Assembly (NCBI GenBank): GCA_963663805.2
Contig: CAXXMR010000013.1
Coordinates: 224,001 to 288,000, forward strand
Origin: Sedimentisphaerales bacterium
GTDB lineage: Bacteria; Planctomycetota; Phycisphaerae; Sedimentisphaerales; SM23-30
Direction: 5' to 3'
Length of the DNA stretch: 64,000 nt
A program made the position numbers and the translations under genes. Below are positions 1-9,024 of this stretch, one piece after another (positions within the stretch are counted from its first letter, which is position 1; each line of letters starts with the position of its first letter). The notes beneath the pieces were generated by a model. That model was not told the origin of the DNA, searched no databases, and saw only the letters and a list, made by a program, of their open reading frames with translations.

Positions 1-2537
1 TCATAGTCTTCATCATCAAGCTTGCCAACTATCTTTTTAATAGTATTGCGATCCACCCTATATTTTAACGACCCAATAGCATGTATGGCACAATAACGAA
101 CTTTTGATTCAATATCTTCAATCCGGCCAACCAGTTTCTCAAAAACTTGGCCATCTACTTTACTTTGTAGCTTGGCGAAAAATCTTATTGCAACACAGCA
201 GTCCTTTGGTTCACCATCATCAAGTTTGTCCACTATTTTTTTTACAGTCCTGCCATCTATCTTGCTTTGTAAGGCAACAAGAACTTCTAGGACACCGTCC
301 TCATATACATTTGCACTCCACAGTCTTTCGAGGACCCTATCAACAATTCTTGCATCTACTTTGCTCTTTAGTTCTTTTAGTGCTTCTATTATCCACATTT
401 GATGAAATTCATATTTATTATCCCCAAGTTTATCAATCAGTTTCTCTAAGGCTGCAAAACTGACAGCGTCATTCAATTTTCCAATAGTTTTAATTGCCCA
501 AATACTAATTGCTGAATCTTTATTATCAACTGCATCTATCAATTTACCAATAATTCTTTCGTCTACAACATTCACCATGTCATGAATAGTCCTAATTGCC
601 AAAATTTGATTTTCACTGTCTTTGGCTTCAAGCATTTCTAATAATACTTTCTGAGCTTTAGTCTTGTTAACATATATTAAAGATTTTGCTGCTTCTAAAC
701 CACAGAAAGGATCTTCCAAAAGCTTTTCAATCTGAATTGAAACTCTTTCAATTATAACGCGACCTACTTCCGCCTCTGCAATTAGTTCAGCCACCAGAAA
801 CAGTTTTGAGTGAATGAAATTGTCCTTCTCAGAGAGAATCTCTTCTATTAGAGACTGTCCGTTAAGGCCTGCAAGGAACTTGATGACCTCCTTCCACTTG
901 GGATTCCATTTCTCTTTCAATACTTGCTTAAAATGACTTTTGTTGCGATTCCGAAAAATGTATTCGGCGGCCAAATATTCCTGAAAAGACTGGTGGCTAA
1001 AATGAAAAAACTTTTCGATGCCATCATTTCTGCTAAGAATCATTTGAACCAGACCGGCATCTAGAATATCATCAAATTGATTATAACCTTCACACAATAC
1101 AAAAGTGAGAGGTATTGTCTGTAAGAAAGGCTCCTCCCTTGCAATTGCGAGGAAGGATATTTCTCCTAAAACGTGTCTCATTTCCAATGTTTTACAATGA
1201 TGATATCTTTCAAAATAGTAATTCTCATATTCCTCAAATATATAATCAACAAACCTCTTGTAGAGATCTTTTCGTGTTGCAATCTTATCATCATTACCAT
1301 TTTCAATAAGGTCGCGAACCATATAGGCAAGCATCGGCACTGACAGCATCTCGAGACAGTTTTTACACATCTCCTTTGCTCTGGCATATTTGTCTGAGAA
1401 GTATATATTTTTATCATTTTCATCAAATGATTTGAGTCGAAGAAATTTCAACTTTTCATCTGTCTCGAACTCAACGACAGCATAAGGCCGAGAGGAAACA
1501 ACCACCTTACCCTTGAGAACAGCCTTGAGCCCGTCTATTAATCTGACATGATTGATTTTCGATGAAGATATTTGGTCCAGACCGTCTATCAGAAACACCA
1601 GATCCTTAGAGTAAGATTTCAGAAATTCGTACTCATCAGTTCCTTCAAGATAACCTGTAAATAGTTCAGCGATACTTTTGAATGAAAGCGCTTCGTTGTG
1701 AGCATATAATTTAACTTGTTCCATCATATCGGCATCGAAAAACAGCGGAATCAAATCTGTTTTTTCTATTATCTCCAGCTGCAGGTGCCTTAAAAAGGTC
1801 GTCTTGCCGCTGCCGGTATCGGAACTCAAAATATATATACCTTCCGGATTCCATAATTCTTTAGTATCGATATCCTTCCAGGTTCGATTATGATCGTATT
1901 GATCATCCTCGGATTCTAACAGGTTTCTATCACAGTTATCTTTGTAAGATCCGCTTTGTAACTTCAGAGGCATATAATCGTTAAGGGGCTGATCATGAAG
2001 CTTCTTACGGAGATGATCTTCCGCCTTTTCTTTAAGTTTTCTGCAGAAGATTTGCTTTGGCGTTAAGGGGCAACAGGCCATCTCAAAGGGAACGATATTA
2101 ATTGAATAACGATCCAGTCTGATGCCTTTTTTCGTACGATATTCAATTTGCTCTGTTTGGGAACATGCCAAATGGCAGTTACACCGTTTAGATTCTCCTC
2201 GATTGTTTATGTGCCGAAAGTATAATTGAATGGGAGGATTTATGTTATGCTTATGACTGAAAGCTGCCAATATGCAGTTTACTGTATCTATACTGTTTGA
2301 AACTAAAGAGTGATATCGTTCCCCTTTTTTTCTGGCTAAAATATCTTGAGTGTCTCGAAACGAAGAATGCTTCTGATCGAGCAAAACCCTAAACAAATTA
2401 TTTACCCTGTCTCTAGCATCAGCATCCTGTATCTCACAGTCAATATACTGATAGATATTCTCGCTGTAGAGATATTCAACAATTTTGCCATGCTCTTCCG
2501 GAGACGGGGCAATATATTCACGATTATCCGGCTTCAT
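1..2537 (-). CDS. NACHT/STAND NTPase with C-terminal HEAT-like repeats (bacterial NLR-like); partial, runs off the left edge
   Basis: Hand translation from ATG 2537 (GGAG upstream) stays open to base 1 (at least 845 codons). Walker A SSDTGSGKTT (~1800-1826), Walker B VFLIDGLDQ, VVVSSRP, FSHQSFQEYLAA, WKEVIKFLAG, then helical repeats (LEKLIDKLGD, VRYCAIHAIGSL). Absent from the ORF track because it has no stop in the window. Confidence 0.88.
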   Translation of the reverse strand, partial: MKPDNREYIAPSPEEHGKIVEYLYSENIYQYIDCEIQDADARDRVNNLFRVLLDQKHSSFRDTQDILARKKGERYHSLVSNSIDTVNCILAAFSHKHNINPPIQLYFRHINNRGESKRCNCHLACSQTEQIEYRTKKGIRLDRYSINIVPFEMACCPLTPKQIFCRKLKEKAEDHLRKKLHDQPLNDYMPLKLQSGSYKDNCDRNLLESEDDQYDHNRTWKDIDTKELWNPEGIYILSSDTGSGKTTFLRHLQLEIIEKTDLIPLFFDADMMEQVKLYAHNEALSFKSIAELFTGYLEGTDEYEFLKSYSKDLVFLIDGLDQISSSKINHVRLIDGLKAVLKGKVVVSSRPYAVVEFETDEKLKFLRLKSFDENDKNIYFSDKYARAKEMCKNCLEMLSVPMLAYMVRDLIENGNDDKIATRKDLYKRFVDYIFEEYENYYFERYHHCKTLEMRHVLGEISFLAIAREEPFLQTIPLTFVLCEGYNQFDDILDAGLVQMILSRNDGIEKFFHFSHQSFQEYLAAEYIFRNRNKSHFKQVLKEKWNPKWKEVIKFLAGLNGQSLIEEILSEKDNFIHSKLFLVAELIAEAEVGRVIIERVSIQIEKLLEDPFCGLEAAKSLIYVNKTKAQKVLLEMLEAKDSENQILAIRTIHDMVNVVDERIIGKLIDAVDNKDSAISIWAIKTIGKLNDAVSFAALEKLIDKLGDNKYEFHQMWIIEALKELKSKVDARIVDRVLERLWSANVYEDGVLEVLVALQSKIDGRTVKKIVDKLDDGEPKDCCVAIRFFAKLQSKVDGQVFEKLVGRIEDIESKVRYCAIHAIGSLKYRVDRNTIKKIVGKLDDEDY

Positions 2538-3142
2538 ATTTCACTCCAGGGAAAGAAATTCCACCAAATACCAAACTTATTATATGGATTTGCAGCAGCT
2601 ATGTCACGTCAAAAAGACCCGGATATCCATTTCTTTGCATCCCACACCACATGCCTCTATTGCACATAAGTCTCTATACATGAAAGTCTTACGCAATCAG
2701 AAACTCATAATCCTTGTCCCACTCATCCACCATGCGACACAATTTACCCGTACTGCCTTTGGGAATGGGGCATAAAATCAGAAAATTCAGGTCATAGGGG
2801 TGCTCATGAGTTGAATCCGCTGTTTGTAAGATATGCTGTCTCATGCGGAGAAGCACTTATTGTCATTGCGCCAAATCGTTGATATCAACCGGCTGTCACA
2901 TCTGTCCTCACACGAATTTCTTATGTCCGGTTTTTACCTCTGCTGCCACGTTCAAAATACGCGTTTCATTTCTGTTTTTTTCTGTGTTTTTTTCAATGTA
3001 AACATTTTCAAGATAAACAGTTACTCCGTACACAGAGAAACACTTAGATATGGTACCGACTGACCTTGATTTTCCTTCTGGGTGTGATAAATAAATGGGT
3101 AGACAGTCAATAACAAATCATCCAAACCTACAGGAGACAGTC

Positions 3143-3599
3143 ATGAAGAAGCCCGATTATCGCTATGAAATCATGTCATATGACGCCCGGGAAATTTCCT
3201 CCCAGGTAATCGATCAGAACGAGCTGGACGCTATCGACGGTAAAACCCACGACTGTGTGATAGACATCGCAAGAGGCGTTTTCGCATTCAGAGATGAATC
3301 AGGCCGCTGGGTCTCACATGAAACTAACTGGCCCGGTCTGGGCTTGGTGACCATGTCTATACTGCAAAACCTGCAGCTGGATCCGGGCAAATTTCTATCA
3401 GCCAAAAGAATAGCATATCTTTCGGATTTGCCTGCCCTGCGCCGCAGCGGAACTCTGGCCGCCAGAGTCCGCGCCCCTGCGCAAAGCTCTGCATGACCAG
3501 AATCGACGCTTCATCGAATCCCGACGTCACCCCTATGCCCTCAGATGGCACAAAGACCGCACCTGGCTCTGGATCAATCACACTCCGATCGGTAGCTGA
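3143..3599 (+). CDS. Winged-helix (OmpR/Trans_reg_C-like) DNA-binding protein, ~151 aa after one frameshift correction
   Basis: AGGAG then ATG at 3143. Removing one C from the C-run at ~3475 gives ...PGKFLSAKRIAYL...TLAARVRALRKALHDQNRRFIESRRHPYALRW, an OmpR-type recognition helix and wing pattern. Confidence 0.55.
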
Positions 3600-3723
3600 A
3601 ATCACTCACGACATCACATCCATTTAAAATCGGGCCAATGTAAGCCACATGTCATTGAAGTGCCCTCGACTGAATAATGATTATGCTATGCTATTAGTAA
3701 ATGAAATTGACAGGAGCAAAATC

Positions 3724-4074
3724 ATGGTAAGAACCTGGTACGAAACCCCCGAAGATTTCCCGGCCCTGAAGCCGGGACGTAAATACCTGGTATATTGTCT
3801 CGACATCGATAAGGTCCGCAAGCCGCTCGGACTTGAAGTGGTGATCGAATATATTGAAGGTGAGCAGAACGGACGCAGACAGACTATTTCCCTGCCTCTG
3901 CCCATCCGGCCTGAAGGATTGACCAAGGACTTTTTCCAGGCCTGCGGCCAGTCAATCATCGTCGGTCGCAAGATTCCCATTAAATCTACGGTAACCGGCA
4001 AACGTCTTTTGATCGAGTTTGGACAAGATCTCTCTGACAACCTGCTTAGGCCGGTTGCTTTTACCGTTTTTTGA
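3724..4074 (+). CDS. Hypothetical protein, DUF669-like (putative OB-fold ssDNA-binding)
   Basis: AGGAG before ATG 3724; FPALKPGRKYLVYC...LEVVIEYIEGEQNGRR resembles the DUF669 pattern by eye. Confidence 0.45.
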   Translation: MVRTWYETPEDFPALKPGRKYLVYCLDIDKVRKPLGLEVVIEYIEGEQNGRRQTISLPLPIRPEGLTKDFFQACGQSIIVGRKIPIKSTVTGKRLLIEFGQDLSDNLLRPVAFTVF

Positions 4075-4088
4075 GCTCGAGGCCGATC

Positions 4089-4319
4089 ATGAGTAATCAA
4101 TTTCTTTCTGAATTGACCGAGCCGCCCCGGATCGAAACACCCCCGGCTCCAACCGGTCTGGCACGACTGGCCCTGCTGATCGGAGATTATGTACGTAACG
4201 GTGTGGTAATTCTGTTCTGGACTGTAATCGCCTGTGCCGCTGCCGCCGCGGCGATAATCTCCTGCGCGGTTATCGTCTGGGCCCTGAAAATCAGCATGAA
4301 AGCTGTCGGAGGACATTGA
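4089..4319 (+). CDS. Small membrane protein
   Basis: Long hydrophobic segment GVVILFWTVIACAAAAAAIISCAVIVWAL; co-oriented within the operon. Confidence 0.6.
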   Translation: MSNQFLSELTEPPRIETPPAPTGLARLALLIGDYVRNGVVILFWTVIACAAAAAAIISCAVIVWALKISMKAVGGH

Positions 4320-4322
4320 AAC

Positions 4323-4757
4323 ATGGCCAAAGAAACATCCCACACCACCGATGATATCCAGATGGTCGAGACTCGCTTTTCGATGAGCAGGGCAGGCTGG
4401 TTCTGGAATTTCATGCCGGTGAAACCGCCGCTTTTGATTCTGACGGCACTATGATAGTACGTAAATGTTATCAGAGCATCAATCTGGTCTGCGGCTGTCA
4501 ATACCATCCCGGCCAGGCCGAGCAAGAACTGGCGGTCTGTTCCCTCTGCCGTGAGCCGCCATATGAGTTTCCCCGCCGTCAGCCGCCGCGGCATGGCTTG
4601 ATGTGTTCTTCTCATACCCAAACCTGCCACCTCATGCCGCCTGTCTCTGTGCCCGCGGCATACCCGAACCTACAAGGGCAAACCCTATTGTCCCAGCTGC
4701 TGCCGACAGGCCAAGCGGCGTCGAGTGATTAACTGGATATTATTTGAAAAGAGTTGA
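4323..4757 (+). CDS. Cys/His-rich zinc-finger protein (reconstructed across two frameshifts)
   Basis: GGAGG then ATG 4323. Joining frames at ~4378 and ~4628 gives CGCQYH...CSLC...MCSSHTQTCTSCRLSLCPRHTRTYKGKPYCPSCC..., with the stop 4 nt before the ATPase start. Confidence 0.55.
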
Positions 4758-4761
4758 ACTA

Positions 4762-6837
4762 ATGCAGAATTATGCCCAACAGCTTTATCATAAGATTGTC
4801 AAATATCGCCTGGATGATCACTATCCAGAGATTGCGGCCCTGAAAGTCCGCCTCGAGCATAACCGTCTTTCTCAATTTGTGGTCCGGGCCTGGCTGCGTA
4901 AGATAGAACCTTATGTCGAACAGCAGAAACGCTGCTGGAATCCTTTTCCCGCGGCCGCCGGAGCTGAAGAACTGGGCAAATTCGATATCGAACTCGGTCA
5001 TCTAAAACAAGCCCGGGATACCCCGGTAGGAGTTCGTTTCATCGCCCGCCCCAACCATATCATTACCTGTGGCGGTACCGGCAGCGGCAAGAGCACTCTG
5101 AATCGGCGGATCATACGCCAAACTGAACAAGATTATCCAGACATCCGCATTCTGGTATTGGACCTCAAAGGGGACTACCTGCATCTGCCGGACGAACTGG
5201 GCCGGGATCGCTGGCGGCTTTACAGCTGGACCGAGGGATTTCGTATGGGTATAGGACCACCCTCTGGGCCTCTGTCCCCATCGACCTGGATCAATCAAAT
5301 TGCCAAGATATTGGCAGCCCAATGCAATCTGGCCTTCAGTCAAAGCACCCTCTTCGGCCGCAATGCGTTTTTCTCACAGCCCAACTGAACCAAACGCCCC
5401 ATTCACCTCTGATATTTCCGGATCTGGCCCTGATATATGAAGTTCTGGATTATCTGCCGCCGGAGGTCTTCAGTAAAAAGGAATCTTATACTCAATCCGC
5501 CCTGCATCAGCTGGAATTTCTCAGCGGCAACTCCGGAGAATTGTTTCGAGCCTTTACCGGATTCGATGTGCAGGGTCATTTGATCGACGAAAAACACAAT
5601 GCCGTAATCGACCTGGTCAATCTCTCACCCATCTTGACGGCCATAGTCGTGGAGATCATCGCCAGTCAGCTGCTGCTTACGGCTCTGGCCCGGCATGATA
5701 CCTCTGACAGAACCAATTTACTACTAGTCATCGATGAATCCGATTACCTCTGTTCGGCCCGGATCGCCTCGGCTTATCCGGAAGAATATTCAGTCCTGGG
5801 GCAGCTGCTGAAGCAAGGGCGCGAATTCGGGATCATGGTGTGTCTGGGCATGACTTTTCTGGGCAAGTGCAGCCCTTACATTACTGCCGATTCGACTTAT
5901 CATTTCCTTTTCAATCCCGTCGACGCCCAGTCGACATATCAGTCCGTTCGCATCCTCCAGGAGCCGCAGGCGGGCAAACTGCTCAATTCTCTAGTACCTG
6001 GAGAATGCGTCTTTCATGAGATCATGGGACCTTGCAGCTGGCCCATGCTGGCTCGGATAGATTACGATCCGCCTTACCGCGGCGGCCGTCCCGACCAATT
6101 CGATCAGCATGACTACCTGCCCAGCCGGTCCCTCGCCGATCTTCCCGACCTCAAAAAAGCGGTCGATAAGCTCCTGGTCGAATATCTGCAAACCCGCACC
6201 CGACAAAAAAAGCAGGTCAAACCGGTCAGTAACGAAGCCCGCAAACTGATGGGGCTGATCGCAAACCACTCCTGGGCACCTTGCTCACGTTTATGGCCGA
6301 AAATCGGCAAGCTTAATTTCGTTGCTCAGAAATCGATCCGCGCCAAACTGGAGCGTGAAAAGCTGGTTATTTTCAACGAGCTGCGTATCGGCCGGACCAT
6401 GCAGCTGCTGCCGTTACTTACCGAAGATGGATACGACTATCTGGGCCTTACCGTACCCGATTCACGCGGCCGGGGCGGCCAGGTCCACGACTTTATCGCC
6501 CACTGGGTCGATATGACCGGACAGCAGCGCGGCTATAAAACTCGGATCGAAGCTTTGGTACCTGGCACCAGTCACCCTGTCGATGTCGCCTGGTGGATAA
6601 ACGGCCAGATGCACGTATTCGAGGTGATCAGTACCTGCAGCAAGAATATTCACTCTCACCTTCGTAACTGTCTTATCCAATCTCAGGAAGTGAGTTCTGT
6701 CACTATTGTCGCCGCTCAGAAGAAAGAGCTGCAGCTGATCGAGCAGAACATTGTCCAAGAGAGCGATTTCACTTTCGTTCTGGACCACATCAAATACCAG
6801 CCGGCATCCGATTTTTCTGGAGGAGTTATGGCCATGA
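4762..6837 (+). CDS. HerA/FtsK/VirD4-superfamily ATPase fused to C-terminal wHTH + PD-(D/E)XK (Replic_Relax-like) domain, ~690 aa after correction
   Basis: Walker A GGTGSGKS, LVLDLKGDY, Walker B LLLVIDESD, arginine-finger LLKQGREFG; C-terminus LTEDGYDYL...HDFIAHWV...IEALV...HPVDVAWW...HVFEV. Two extra T at ~5353-5372 split it and one extra T at ~6812-6816 fuses it to the next gene. Confidence 0.75.
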
Positions 6838-7058
6838 GGACCACCAAAACCATATTGATAATCATCATTACCGCCGTATCGATCAACACGATTCGCAGCA
6901 GCGAGAGCTATCCTCTCAGTCAGGTTCTGCCGTTCCTGGGCGGCCATCGACCTTCTCTGCTCTACGATATCATCGGCGGCGGCAGTCTCATCGCTATTTT
7001 TCTGTGGGGCCTGGATAGGCTCAGAAACCTACGTGACCACCATGACGACCGCGAGTGA
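6834..7058 (+). CDS. Small two-TM membrane protein
   Basis: GGAGG at ~6819 and an ATGA overlap with the corrected ATPase stop; two hydrophobic segments (TILIIIITAVSI; IIGGGSLIAIFLWGL). Confidence 0.55.
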   Translation: MRTTKTILIIIITAVSINTIRSSESYPLSQVLPFLGGHRPSLLYDIIGGGSLIAIFLWGLDRLRNLRDHHDDRE

Positions 7059-7162
7059 CATCCTGACGTCATCAGGCCGTCAAGGGACAATCATGTATTA
7101 ATCACTGTACGACGCACATGCTGCGAACATTAAGATTATAATTAGTAACAGAGGAAAACCAA

Positions 7163-7447
7163 ATGAATCAGGAAACTAAAACTGAAAGAAAACCTGTCGA
7201 GAAACCGGTTAAATTGCCTCGGCCGAAGCGGCGGTCGAGACGATTCCGCTGGGAGCTTATTGTCCTGCCGGCGTCGCTCTATGGTTTATGGTGGCTGCTC
7301 AGTACCATCAAGCCCGCTTTCAGCTGGGATGATTTCCTGAACCTGATTCATATTAAAGATAAACAGCGTTTCAGTCAACTGGCCATCCTGGGAATTTCAA
7401 TCTGCAGTATATGTGCAGTCATGCGGGTATGGCTTCGTAAAAAGTGA
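7163..7447 (+). CDS. Small two-TM membrane protein
   Basis: GAGG RBS; basic N-terminus, then LIVLPASLYGLWWLL and LAILGISICSICAVM. Confidence 0.65.
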   Translation: MNQETKTERKPVEKPVKLPRPKRRSRRFRWELIVLPASLYGLWWLLSTIKPAFSWDDFLNLIHIKDKQRFSQLAILGISICSICAVMRVWLRKK

Positions 7448-7483
7448 AGAATCATTATCGAAAATGGAAACGGAGGCAGCGCT

Positions 7484-9024
7484 ATGCGAAAGAAACCGAT
7501 TTTAACAATATTGACCGCGATCTTTGTATTTACGGAATTGGCCGGCGGAGCCCAGAGCCGCCCCAAGCCCCTGGCGGTCAGTCTGATCTGGGATACCTCA
7601 CCTTCCCTGGAGAAGCAATGGAAATCCGTGCACCTAATGGCCAAACTGACCATCGATGCCCTCGAGCCTGGAGATTATCTGGAGGTGATCAGCGCCCATA
7701 AGTCCGGCGGACAACTGCGATATGCCGGCCATATCACCGAAACGGAAAAGTCTAAGAACCAGAGCAAATCTTCTCTACAAAATATCAAGCGAGCAATCTT
7801 CCTGCAGGCCGATCTGGGCAGTACTCTGGCTATGGCCCGGCAAAGGCTGAAAACCATCCTGAACAAAGATCTCGATCGCCGAGGCGTCATTATAATATTG
7901 ACGGACGCCCATATGCAGTATCGCGGACTGGATGATCTGCTGGTTCAGGCTGCTCAGTGCCATGAACAGGGTATCGATGTCTATATTACCGGAGACGATA
8001 AAACCTCCAAAGAGCTCTTGATCGCCGCGGTGCAGAAAAGGCTGACCTGGTCGACGCTGCGCCAAGCTAATCCGGCACTCTGGCTGGAAAAAAATCGGAT
8101 TATGCCGGAAGTAACTGCAGCATCTCAAAAACAAGCTGCAAAGCAGCCAAAGATGCCTTCGTCATATGTTTCGGACCAAGCCGAAGAGGTTAAAGATTCA
8201 TCCAAACTTCAACCTGGACGTACCGAGGAGATTGTCAAGGCCAAGCCGATAATCACCCAGACCAAAGCCACAGTCACCTTGCAGTCCGATGTCTCGTTCA
8301 GCCAAACCGAGCCGGATACCGAGCCGATTACTGAAACCTGAATCTGCTTTGTCTGAAAAAGTCAGGCAGAACCAACCTTCTGCGGTATCTTTATCTGCCG
8401 AAGATAGCATCGTTTTAGAAGCGCGAGATGAACCCAATCAGCCCATTGTTGTCAATCAGACCCCGCCAACAGCCTCATCTGAACCTATCCGTGCTATTGG
8501 ACCATGGCAGTCTGAAAAACCGCATCTCACGCTGGTCATTGTATATCGGCTCCGCTCTGCTTTTTACACTCATTCTGCTGACTATTGTCAGAGGAGCTGT
8601 AAACGGGCAGCGCTGGCAGAAGAAGCTCACCGAACGCTTGAAAAGAATACCTTCTGCCGAAGCCGTGCAGATCCTTTACGCCAACTGCGACGGCCAAAGT
8701 TATCGTCTGGGCCGTACCGACCGTCTGCAAACCGTCCATATCGGCAGCGGACCGCATAACAGTCTGCGTATCAATGACAAATCGATAGCCCCGCGTCATA
8801 TTCGCATCCAGCGGGTAAAAAAAAGACTCAGCCTTACCAATCTCGCTCCAGCTCCTGTGGCCGTAAACGGTTCTGCCCTAAAGCCGCGGCGTCGGAAAAG
8901 CCTGACTCTCCCGGCCCTGATCAGACTGAGCGATTCGGTAACCTTGAAACTGGAAACCCGACCGGAACTGCCCGGCAAGGACGCAAAACCTCAAAAGGAG
9001 CTCAATAATGAAAGAGAATCCTAA
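7484..9024 (+). CDS. Signal peptide-vWA-low-complexity linker-TM-FHA protein, ~512 aa after two corrections
   Basis: Signal peptide MRKKPILTILTAIFVF; MIDAS-like LIWDTSPS and IIILTDAH; P/E/S/T-rich linker; TM LYIGSALLFTLILLTIV; FHA-like VHIGSGPHNSLRINDKSIAPRH...VAVNG. Extra A at ~8335 and ~8518 split it into three track ORFs. Confidence 0.7.

Noticed and set aside
104..2775. Short track ORFs over the first 2.8 kb
   Set aside because: They are shadows of the long minus-strand NACHT-HEAT frame and carry no motifs.
4089..4319. C-terminal ...AVGGH as a ubiquitin-like GG substrate for the E1
   Set aside because: The protein is hydrophobic and helical rather than beta-grasp, and the GG codons coincide with the next gene's GGAGG RBS.
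5322..7058. 578-aa ORF read as an ATPase with C-terminal TM helices
   Set aside because: It lacks its Walker A, which is in the upstream frame, and the TM tail has its own RBS and ATGA overlap. Homopolymer errors explain it better.
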